This document shows, one piece after another, positions 1 to 8,253 of a DNA stretch of 64,000 nt; positions within the stretch are counted from its first letter, which is position 1; the number at the start of each line of letters is the position of its first letter. This DNA is from Candidatus Eiseniibacteriota bacterium (GTDB lineage Bacteria; Eisenbacteria; RBG-16-71-46; SZUA-252). A model generated the notes under the pieces. That model saw only the letters and a list, made by a program, of their open reading frames with translations. It was not told the DNA's origin and searched no databases. The stretch is from positions 64,001-128,000 of the forward strand of contig OY969801.1 in the NCBI GenBank assembly GCA_963703225.1, read 5' to 3'. The position numbers were made by a program, and so were the translations under genes.

Positions 1-34
1 GGCTCGGCACGCCCGCGGCGGCTGGGGGCACCCG

Positions 35-2098
35 GTGACCCGCGGCGGCCTAAGGCTCCCGGTGACGCGTGGCTTCACCGTTGCCGCGACGATGCTCGCG
101 CTCTGCACCTTGGCGTGGATCGGACCGGCCGCGGCCCAGGAGGAGGGGGATCCGATGGCGATCCCCGACACCGTATTTGTGCGGGGCTCGAAGGAGCCGG
201 TCTCCTACATGACCACGTACAATCGGGACCTCTCGAGCGGGAACTGGTTCCAATCGCTCTACTACCGCCACAACGCGCAGCGCTTTTCGCTCGGGCTCAC
301 GGGCAGCTCGAACACGAGCGAGGGACTTCGGGGTCTCACCACCAACGGCGTGTCCGGCGACCTGGGAGGCAATCTCACCTTCAGGGCTACCAACCGATGG
401 TTCTGGTCGATCGATGGCAAAGCGAACATGAACACCAACGACGACGATCGCTCCAAGACCAGCCGCCGCCAGAACCGACTTCAGATACGCACCCAGTATT
501 CGTTCAATCCGTTGCCTCAGCTGAGCGGGGTGGGAATCCTGTTCGGGGAGCTACAAGGAGATCAGAGCCTGGGGTCCCGTACGCTCCCGGGCAAGCCGCT
601 GACGGTGGTCGATTCCACCACGAGCCCATTCGACACGACCTTCTATCAATCCCACACCTCGCGTGACTCGTCCTATACCTCGGGGCTGCGCGATGGGGTG
701 AGCGGGTCGCTCCGGTGGGCTCCCGCGGCCTGGCTCAACGTGACGGGGATGGGCGCGGCGACCGGGATCAAGTCCAAGACCAAGACGCTCACGCGCAATT
801 ACTACGCGATCAATCCCGGCGATGGCGCCACGTATGTCGTCGAGGACGCGGACACCTCCGAGGCTCCGAACGGGGATCAACGGCTCGAGACCCGCGCCAC
901 GTATACCGGTCTCAAGCGGTCGAACATGGGATTGGTTTTGAAGTATCTCAACAGCGATCAGGAGTACTACGCCCTGAGCAAGAGCGGCCAGGAGCATCTC
1001 GGCTACGACACCAAGGACGCCAGCTTTCACTTCGATACCATGCCTTTCGCGAGCTCGAGTATCGCCCTCGACGCGTCCCTCAACCACTCCTTCCGGGTGT
1101 ACACGCTGCAGAAGAATCTGACGAGCCTCGTGAACGGAGCCTCGGCCACCGCGAGCTTCATGATCTACAGGCCCACGTCGCGCGCCTCGCTCGGGTTCCA
1201 GGTGGGCCGGGTAGAGAGCGATCGGCAAGTCTCCCAGAACGGCTTGGTCATCAACCGAGCGCTGATGGCGATGGGATCGCAGCGGGTTTCCAGGCGCCTT
1301 TGGCTCGACGCCACCGGGTCGGTAGGCCTGTTTTCACGGCAGTACCGTGACAGTGTGGGCCAGTCGGGTGTCTCGGTCTCTGATCGCGACGACGTGAGAG
1401 GATCCGGGACCGTCGGTGCCGGGTACGGGGTGTCCGAGCGCTGCACCACGACCGTGCACTTCTCGACGGTCCGCGCCCACGCGGTCGCGATCGACGCAAA
1501 AGCCTCGGCTGGGAACAACGTCCAGACGACCTATCAGATGGACGCGATGCTCCAGCTTCGGGTCACGCGAACGCTTGTGATCTACCAGAACTACCAACTC
1601 AACGCGAACTATCAGATCTACGACTACGACGAGCCCCGGAACACCCTGACGCGCATTCGCAAGATCGACACGGTGATGAGCGACAGCCTCTTCTCGTTTG
1701 GGTTCCTGCGTCTGACCCACAACTTCTTCTTCCAAGACCGCGGCGCGTACACCCTGGATGAAGAGGCGGGTGGACGCACCTACTCGGTGGCGCAGGAGCT
1801 CTACCAGCAGAACTTGAGCCTCACCGCTGGCGTCCGACCTTTTGAAGGGATCGTATTCACGGCGACCCAGTCACTCGCCAACACCCGAAACTACATCACC
1901 TCCGTAGCGCTCAACACGAACCGGAATCGGTGGAATCTCAACGTGGGAGCCACCGTCGATCGGCCGCTCCCGGGCGAGATGACGCTTCAGGGATCGATCC
2001 AGCGCATCGGGGAGTACACGGAGAGGCCGGGAAACCTCCCGCCCACGGACGTGGTGGACTATTGGATCGCCGCGGTCCAATTCACGAAGGACTTCTGA
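35..2098 (+). CDS. Large outer-membrane beta-barrel protein, function unknown
   Basis: 687-aa ORF with a signal peptide (...WIGPAAA|QEE), alternating amphipathic strands throughout and a C-terminal barrel signature (WIAAVQFTKDF). The true start may be a later codon. Confidence 0.7.
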   Translation: MTRGGLRLPVTRGFTVAATMLALCTLAWIGPAAAQEEGDPMAIPDTVFVRGSKEPVSYMTTYNRDLSSGNWFQSLYYRHNAQRFSLGLTGSSNTSEGLRGLTTNGVSGDLGGNLTFRATNRWFWSIDGKANMNTNDDDRSKTSRRQNRLQIRTQYSFNPLPQLSGVGILFGELQGDQSLGSRTLPGKPLTVVDSTTSPFDTTFYQSHTSRDSSYTSGLRDGVSGSLRWAPAAWLNVTGMGAATGIKSKTKTLTRNYYAINPGDGATYVVEDADTSEAPNGDQRLETRATYTGLKRSNMGLVLKYLNSDQEYYALSKSGQEHLGYDTKDASFHFDTMPFASSSIALDASLNHSFRVYTLQKNLTSLVNGASATASFMIYRPTSRASLGFQVGRVESDRQVSQNGLVINRALMAMGSQRVSRRLWLDATGSVGLFSRQYRDSVGQSGVSVSDRDDVRGSGTVGAGYGVSERCTTTVHFSTVRAHAVAIDAKASAGNNVQTTYQMDAMLQLRVTRTLVIYQNYQLNANYQIYDYDEPRNTLTRIRKIDTVMSDSLFSFGFLRLTHNFFFQDRGAYTLDEEAGGRTYSVAQELYQQNLSLTAGVRPFEGIVFTATQSLANTRNYITSVALNTNRNRWNLNVGATVDRPLPGEMTLQGSIQRIGEYTERPGNLPPTDVVDYWIAAVQFTKDF

Positions 2099-2706
2099 TG
2101 AGAAGCGCCAAGAAGATTCTCTTGGGCGTGGCGGTCTGCGTGGGGGCGGCCGCCGTAGGCGCATGCGGGCTCTTTGAAACACGAGAGCCGTTTAAGCCGG
2201 CACCCCCGGTCTCCGGGTGCAGGGCCCTCACGGGTGGCCCCAATCAGGCGGTGATTCCGAACATCGAGGATTTCTATGGGAGGCCGTCGACGGAGACCTG
2301 CTACAACTCCCTGGTCGATACGTCGTTCCTCTTTCACCCCGACCCGCAGGACTCCTCCCAGCTGCTCCCCCAAACGCCCTACATCGGATGGGACGAGGTC
2401 GTGGAGGCTAATTCGAACTCGAGGATTGGGAGCCTTCAAGACTTCATCAAGGTCGACTTCCAAAGGGAGTACTCGCCGACCGTGATCTCCCCAGACCAGA
2501 CGACAGAGGTCCACTTCTACGAATACCAGCTCCGCCTGAGCCTCGTAGCGGCGCCCGAAACGCTTCGCTACACAGGGCTCGCCGACATCACGTTTCACCG
2601 TGGGTTCGACGGGCAGTGGAAGATGACCGGCTGGGTGGATCACCGCGGAGCCGTCAACGACTCGACCTGGGGAAACCTCCGGGGCCAGAACCGGGTCGGG
2701 TTCTAG
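2098..2706 (+). CDS. Lipoprotein, hypothetical (possible NTF2/SnoaL-like fold)
   Basis: ATG at 2098 overlaps the upstream stop (TGATG). Lipoprotein signal MRSAKKILLGVAVCVGAAAVGA-C; C-terminal W-x-x-x-x-W-x-D motif (WKMTGWVD). Confidence 0.75.
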   Translation: MRSAKKILLGVAVCVGAAAVGACGLFETREPFKPAPPVSGCRALTGGPNQAVIPNIEDFYGRPSTETCYNSLVDTSFLFHPDPQDSSQLLPQTPYIGWDEVVEANSNSRIGSLQDFIKVDFQREYSPTVISPDQTTEVHFYEYQLRLSLVAAPETLRYTGLADITFHRGFDGQWKMTGWVDHRGAVNDSTWGNLRGQNRVGF

Positions 2707-2763
2707 GGTCGACCGGGCCGGCGCGGACGGCAAAATCGGGGACCTGGAGGGGGGCTTCCGGGG

Positions 2764-2793
2764 TTGACCAGAAGCCCCCAATTGGGCTATGCT
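2764..2793 (+). promoter_or_regulatory. Putative sigma70-type promoter
   Basis: TTGACC (2764-2769), 18 nt, TATGCT (2788-2793), upstream of the ORF at 2877. Confidence 0.5.
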
Positions 2794-2876
2794 GGTTCGA
2801 GCCGGAAAACGCACCCCGAGAGGCCTAATCCACCCTGGCTCCGTCCCCCTCGCCCCACCAAATCGAAGGCCATAAG

Positions 2877-3468
2877 TTGTTCAAGGGCTTAGGCATAGTC
2901 GTCATTTGCGTCGCCTTTGGGGCGGCCTTGGGCGGCTGTATTTTCAGCCCCCACAAGGCCAAGGAACCCGGACCGGAGCCCCCCCCCGTTTACCTGATCC
3001 CCGACTTCCCCGACCGCGTTCTTACGAACCTCATAGAGGCTTACTCCAAGCGCGACAGCGTGGGCTACGTCAACGCGTACGACCGTTATGAGTACATCGG
3101 TGCCTCGAAGGACCCAGCTGGCGGAGTTACCAGCACGTATCACTGGATCGACGAGCAACACCACATCCAGAAGCTCGCGGAAGCCACTACCATCGTAGGA
3201 AAGCCGGAATTCAACTTGGGCGCCGCGTCGAGCTGGGCGCGACTCCCCTCGGATGATCTGAGCCACCCTGAATGGGCGGTGATACAGATCAGCGGGAGCC
3301 AGCTCTCTCTTGTCGTGGACGACGTGAACGCTCGGGACCCTGACGGTCCAGGGCGATGCTGAAATTTTCATCTTCAAATTCAAGCCCACCACCCCCGCCC
3401 CATCATCGGGGTCGGACACGCTATGGACCATCGTTCGTTGGGAAGAGAACGGGGCCGTAACCCAGTGA
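2877..3468 (+). CDS. Lipoprotein, paralogue-like of 2098-2706, interrupted by a +1 frameshift near 3330
   Basis: Lipobox LGG-C. Removing one base near 3330 extends the frame to LGTLTVQGDAEIFIFKF...WTIVRWEENGAVTQ* (stop at 3468), matching the neighbour's WKMTGWVD end. Confidence 0.7.
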
Positions 3469-3502
3469 TGCCCCACGCTCGTTTCCGCCAGCCCCCCCTC
3501 GC

Positions 3503-3532
3503 TTGACACCCCGAATCACCCGCTCCTAGACT
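3503..3532 (+). promoter_or_regulatory. Putative sigma70-type promoter for the deacetylase-like gene and pdxJ
   Basis: TTGACA (3503-3508), 18 nt, TAGACT (3527-3532). Confidence 0.6.
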
Positions 3533-3584
3533 CCGAACGGAGTTTCTTCAGAACCGCGGTCTCTCCTCGATCCCCCGAGATACC

Positions 3585-4877
3585 TTGGCTCGAAAGGCAC
3601 GCAGGGCACGCCGTGGCCGGCCGCCGTCCATTTGGCTCTGGATCGGCGTCGCGGCGATCCTGATCGCGGTCGTCCTCCTGGTTGGGCGGGATCGGCCTTC
3701 GCTCCTGTCGCCCGTCAAACCGGCGCGCCAAGCCGACCAGACCGCCCCGCGCGTCGGTGAAGTGGAGGCTACTCCCCAGCGCCCCCCCGCGGTGGTGATC
3801 GACTCCGATTGGGACCGGTTTCAGCTCCGCGCCCAATCCGAGTTCTTGCGCCTCTTTCGGAGCAACGACCACGCGGCGCTCAACCGGCTCACCAGCCGGA
3901 CGCTGCGCGGCGCGCTGGAAGACGTCGGGGTGAGCCGCGAGCTGATCGACGAGCGCCCCGGTGCCGCGGCGGCTGCTGGCGCCGCCCGCGCGCCGGTCCA
4001 GTGGAAGATCCAGGTCCCACCCCGCGCTTCGCTCTTTCGCATCAACGACGCGGTGACCCAGGCGATCCTCGCGCTGGGAGGCCGCGTCATCCGCGGCGTC
4101 GAGCGGCCGGCGCAGACCGCCGGTATCGCGCTCGACCTCCGGGTTGGATACGGCGACCGCGTCACCCACTCGATCATCGTCGAGCCGAACCCGACGATCA
4201 CCGACGCCGGGACCCAGCTCGCGTTCGTCGTGCTCGACCTGAGCAACGACTCCCAGCCGCTGCTCCGCTCCTTCCTCGAGAGCCCGATCCCGTTCACGAT
4301 CGCGCTTCGCCCGGGCCAGCCCCGCCTGGCGCGCACCGCGAGGGCGGTGCGGGAGGCGAAGCGGGAGGTCTTCGTCCAGCTCCCGATGGAGCCGATCGGA
4401 TATCCGAAGGTGGATCCCGGAAAGGACGCGATCCTGCTCGATCTCTCCCGTGTGGAGATCGAGGAGCGGATCAACCGCTGCCTCGACGCCGTCGGGCCTG
4501 CGAGCGGGATCATCACCCGGATGGGCGGCGCCGCGGTGAACGACCGCGACGTGATGCGCGCCGTGCTCGGCGAGGTGAAGCGTCGCGATCTCCTCTTCAT
4601 CGACGCGCACGGGGGCGGACCGTCGGTGGTCGAGGAGGTGGGGGAGGAAATGGGAGCGAGGACGCTCACGCTGGGCGGCACGCTCGACACCCGAAACGCG
4701 ACCCCGGCCACGCTCCGGGCCTGGCTCAAGCAGCTGGTCACGACCGCGACCCAGCGCGGAACCCTGGTGGTCTGCGTCAGGGCGAACGCGCTGATATTGA
4801 CCGTGCTCGAGGCCGAGCGGGAGAAGCTCGTGGAGCAGGGGGTGGAAATCGTGCCGGCCTCCAGGCTGGTCCTGTGA
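3585..4877 (+). CDS. Divergent polysaccharide deacetylase family protein (YibQ/DUF610-like), membrane-anchored, degenerate active site
   Basis: N-terminal TM helix; family motifs QLPMEP..YP..DPG and L.FID; C-terminal GVEIVPAS. Confidence 0.8.
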   Translation: MARKARRARRGRPPSIWLWIGVAAILIAVVLLVGRDRPSLLSPVKPARQADQTAPRVGEVEATPQRPPAVVIDSDWDRFQLRAQSEFLRLFRSNDHAALNRLTSRTLRGALEDVGVSRELIDERPGAAAAAGAARAPVQWKIQVPPRASLFRINDAVTQAILALGGRVIRGVERPAQTAGIALDLRVGYGDRVTHSIIVEPNPTITDAGTQLAFVVLDLSNDSQPLLRSFLESPIPFTIALRPGQPRLARTARAVREAKREVFVQLPMEPIGYPKVDPGKDAILLDLSRVEIEERINRCLDAVGPASGIITRMGGAAVNDRDVMRAVLGEVKRRDLLFIDAHGGGPSVVEEVGEEMGARTLTLGGTLDTRNATPATLRAWLKQLVTTATQRGTLVVCVRANALILTVLEAEREKLVEQGVEIVPASRLVL

Positions 4878-4914
4878 GGCCACGGGCGGGCGTGCGAGGA
4901 AGGCTGGGCGTGCG

Positions 4915-5637
4915 ATGAAAACCGAGCTGAGCGTCAACATCGACCATGTGGCCACGCTCCGCCAGGCGCGCGGCGGGGAGGAGCCGGATCCCATCCGCGC
5001 GGCCATCCTCGCGCTCGAGGCGGGGGCCTCCGGCATCACGCTCCACCTCCGCGAAGACCGCCGCCACATCCAGGACTCGGATCTCACGCGCCTTCGAGCG
5101 TTGCGCCGCGGCGTCCTCAACTTCGAGATGGCCTTGACCCAGGAGATGATCGGCATCGCGCTCGCGACCAAGCCCGACCGCGCGACGCTGGTTCCCGAGC
5201 GGAGGGCCGAGCTGACCACCGAGGGGGGGCTCGATCCGCGGCGAGACCCCAAGGCGCTCATCGCCGGGTGCAAGCGGCTCACCGACGCCGGCATTCCGGT
5301 GAGCCTCTTCCTCGATCCGGTCGAGGAGATGGCGGAGAGCGCACGCGCCACGGGCGCCACGATCGTGGAGATCCACACCGGCCACTACGCCAACGCGCGG
5401 GGCGCCGACGTGGTGGATCGCGAGCTGGCGCGCATCGCCGCCGCGGCCCGCCGGTTTCAGGCAGTGGGGCTCGAGCCGCACGCCGGGCACGGTCTCACGG
5501 TCGGGAACGTTGGCGCCCTCTTGAGCCGGTACCCCTTTCCCGAGCTTTCCATAGGACACTCCATCGTCTCGCGCGCCGTCGAAGTGGGCATGGCGAAGGC
5601 GGTGCGAGAGATGATCTCCGCGATCGACGCCGCGTAG
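4915..5637 (+). CDS. pdxJ: Pyridoxine 5'-phosphate synthase
   Basis: LSVNIDHVATLRQAR, HLREDRRHIQD, ELTTEGGLD, EIHTG, HAGHGL and ELSIGHSI motifs. Confidence 0.97.
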   Translation: MKTELSVNIDHVATLRQARGGEEPDPIRAAILALEAGASGITLHLREDRRHIQDSDLTRLRALRRGVLNFEMALTQEMIGIALATKPDRATLVPERRAELTTEGGLDPRRDPKALIAGCKRLTDAGIPVSLFLDPVEEMAESARATGATIVEIHTGHYANARGADVVDRELARIAAAARRFQAVGLEPHAGHGLTVGNVGALLSRYPFPELSIGHSIVSRAVEVGMAKAVREMISAIDAA

Positions 5638-5644
5638 CCCGCCC

Positions 5645-5746
5645 GTATTACGACCGTAACATCGGAGCTACCCAGCAGCGCCCTTCCTGTTCCAGCTTTT
5701 TGCCCCGCGTAACCTCGAAGTCAGTCCCTCGCAACAGGACCGTCAT
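5645..5746 (+). promoter_or_regulatory. Putative Pho-box arrays (11-bp direct repeats)
   Basis: GTATT/GTAAC/GCTAC at 5645, 5656 and 5667; GTAAC/GTCAG/GCAAC/GTCAT at 5709, 5720, 5731 and 5742. Exact 11-nt spacing within each array. Confidence 0.7.
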
Positions 5747-5862
5747 GCCCGGCGCCTATCCTTCCGCCCGTGGACAACGCGGAGGGCGCTCGTGGCCGTT
5801 TCACGACGCCGGTGAGGTGCCACCCGCGCGCTCTTGGCCCCCATTACGGAGGAATGACATCC

Positions 5863-8082
5863 ATGCCACGAATCACCCGAATCGGACATCTCCTGGCGAT
5901 CGCGGTCGCGAGCACGTTCGCGACGGCCGCGCACGCCGCGGTGGAGGCCCCAGCGGAGATGCTCTCCGAACACGCCGCCATGCGCGCGTCCGCCGTCAGC
6001 GCCCCCGTAATCTCAGCCCCGGTCAGTGTCCAGGCGTCCATCGATCAAGCGATCACCATCCAGGCGGACGCGACGGACTCCGACGCGAGCGACGTTCTGA
6101 CCATCACCCAGTCGGGCGCGCCTGCGAGCCTGACCTTCTCGCACACGCCGAGCACATCGCCGGCGATGGCAACGCTGAGCGGAACGCTGTCCATGGCTGA
6201 CATCGGCTCCTACACGATCAACTGGCAGGTATCCGACGGCACGTTCACGGCCTCCACCTCGACGGCGCTCGAGGTGGTCACGAACCGCGACCCCATCGTG
6301 TCGGTTCCCCCCACGGCGCTCGGTGCGGTGGGCGTGAACGTAGCGCTGACCGTGGGGGTGTCGGATCCCGATGGTGATGCGATCGGCACATTCACGGCCG
6401 CCCCGCTGCCCGCCGGCGCCACGTTCACGGTGAACGGGTTCAAGACGACCGGCATCCTCAACTGGACGCCCACGGCGGGCCAGGAGGGCGATTACACAGT
6501 CACCTTCACGGCCACCTCCGGCTCCCCGGCCCGGACGGGCTCGGCCACGACCATGATCCATATCAACCCGCTGGATCGGCCGGCGGTGATCACGTTTTCG
6601 CCCGGCGGAACCACGAACGCGATTCCCGGCGTGCTGGTGACGTACACGGCCACCGCCACCGACCCGGATGGCGACACAATCAATTCCCATATCGTTGAAG
6701 GGACGCAGGGAACCGAGCTTCCGGAAGGGGTCACCTTTACGGTGAGCCCGGACAAGCGGACCGCTATCGTCAGCTGGACGCCGACCGCTGCGCAGATCGG
6801 GAACGTCGGAATCGCCCATATCGTCAAGTCGGGCGCTCTCAATCTCCAGAGCGCGGTCACAGTGAAGCGGATCAACGTCGTCGCGGACCGGCCCCCGGTC
6901 GTGGTCGCTCCGGCGTCTGTGACGGTTGCCGAGAATGCTCTGCTCACGGTCAACGTGACCGCCAGCGACCCGGACGTCCAGGCGCCCGCGATCGCTTCGC
7001 TCACCACGGGTCCGCTTCCGCTCGGGGCCACGTTCAGCTCCAACCCAACCAACACGGCCGGGACCCTCAGCTGGACGCCGGATTTCAGCCAGGCCGGTGT
7101 CTACAACGTGACCTTTACGGCCATGAACGCCCTCAGCGGTTCCGCGACGACCCAGATCACGGTCACCAACGTGAACCGGGCGCCTGTTGCGGACGCGGGC
7201 GGGCCGTACTCGGGCTTTGCTGGTGCCATGCTCACGTTCAACGGATCGGGATCGTCCGATCCGGACGGCGACGCGCTCACGTATGCCTGGGACTTCGGTG
7301 ACGGAGGCACGGGCTCGGGAGTCGCTCCGGTGCACACCTACGGTCTCTCGGGCGTGTACAGCGCCTCCCTCCATGTGACGGACCCGAGCGGTCTCTTCGG
7401 CGATGACGTCGCGCAGGTGACGATCCAGGCGACCGTGGCCGCCAACGTCTTCTTCCTCGGCGGGTTCAACTGGGTGTTCCCGCAGATCTTTGGAGCCTAC
7501 ATCCGGATGGAGCCGGTCAACGGCTCGTTCAACATCGGAGACGTGGTCCCGTCGTCGCCGACGCTCTCCTACAACGGCGTGTCCGTCCAGTCGCACTGCA
7601 AGTCCACGACGGGCGGTGACTCAAACCACAACGGCGTGCAGGAGCTTCGGGTTTGCTTCGCGCAGAAAGACATGAAGACCCTGTTCGCGAGCCTGCCGAA
7701 CGGAACCACCACCGTCACCGCGACCCTAACGGCCAATCTGACGAACGGCGGAAAGACCGCCGGGAATGTCTCGATCAAGGTCGTGAAGTTCAGCTGGCTC
7801 AACGCGGGGGTGCTCTCTTCCGTCTCGCCGAACCCGCTCAACCCGCAGGCCAAGCTCACGTTCGTGACCATGCGGTCCGGCGAGGCGTCGGTTCAGATCT
7901 TCGACGTGCGGGGGCGGCTTGTCCGGAACCTGATGCCGCGGCAGTACCTCCCGCCGGGCGTCCACGACGTCACGATCGACGGTCGAAACGAGCAGGGTGG
8001 CCGACTCTCGTCCGGCACGTACTTCTACCGAATTCAGACGGGGGAGGGGCCCATCAAGGGAACGTTCCAGGTTCTCAAGTAG
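5863..8082 (+). CDS. Secreted Ig-like (cadherin/He_PIG-type) repeat + PKD domain protein with FlgD-Ig/T9SS-like C-terminal domain
   Basis: GGAGG RBS 10 nt before ATG 5863 and a signal peptide (AHA|A). About four repeats with D-P/S-D-x-D motifs, then a PKD domain (GSSDPDGDALTYAWDFGDG), then a CTD (SPNPLNP...IFDVRGRLVRNL...SGTYFYRI). Confidence 0.85.
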   Translation: MPRITRIGHLLAIAVASTFATAAHAAVEAPAEMLSEHAAMRASAVSAPVISAPVSVQASIDQAITIQADATDSDASDVLTITQSGAPASLTFSHTPSTSPAMATLSGTLSMADIGSYTINWQVSDGTFTASTSTALEVVTNRDPIVSVPPTALGAVGVNVALTVGVSDPDGDAIGTFTAAPLPAGATFTVNGFKTTGILNWTPTAGQEGDYTVTFTATSGSPARTGSATTMIHINPLDRPAVITFSPGGTTNAIPGVLVTYTATATDPDGDTINSHIVEGTQGTELPEGVTFTVSPDKRTAIVSWTPTAAQIGNVGIAHIVKSGALNLQSAVTVKRINVVADRPPVVVAPASVTVAENALLTVNVTASDPDVQAPAIASLTTGPLPLGATFSSNPTNTAGTLSWTPDFSQAGVYNVTFTAMNALSGSATTQITVTNVNRAPVADAGGPYSGFAGAMLTFNGSGSSDPDGDALTYAWDFGDGGTGSGVAPVHTYGLSGVYSASLHVTDPSGLFGDDVAQVTIQATVAANVFFLGGFNWVFPQIFGAYIRMEPVNGSFNIGDVVPSSPTLSYNGVSVQSHCKSTTGGDSNHNGVQELRVCFAQKDMKTLFASLPNGTTTVTATLTANLTNGGKTAGNVSIKVVKFSWLNAGVLSSVSPNPLNPQAKLTFVTMRSGEASVQIFDVRGRLVRNLMPRQYLPPGVHDVTIDGRNEQGGRLSSGTYFYRIQTGEGPIKGTFQVLK

Positions 8083-8123
8083 ATCTCGTCCCGGGAGGAC
8101 CTGCGCGGCGGCCGCTGAACGGC

Positions 8124-8161
8124 GTAACAGGGATGAGCGCCGATCGAAACAAGTTCGTTAC
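8124..8161 (+). promoter_or_regulatory. Putative Pho-box array
   Basis: GTAAC/GAGCG/GAAAC/GTTAC at 8124, 8135, 8146 and 8157. GAAACAAGTTCGTTACA closely resembles GTAACAAGTCGTTCACA upstream of the porin-pstSCA operon. Confidence 0.7.
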
Positions 8162-8253
8162 AACCGCTCCGTACGCTGCGCGGGTTGTCTCCCGGTGGAA
8201 TGAATGGCGCGAGCGATGAACCTCAGCAACGGGCGATGACAAGGAGACCAATC

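Noticed and set aside
3516..5378. 620-aa minus-strand ORF and many similar long antisense ORFs (e.g. 6013-7596, 29525-31450, 54489-56753, 62534-63967)
   Set aside because: They shadow well-supported genes on the opposite strand, lack motifs, and are expected in high-GC DNA.
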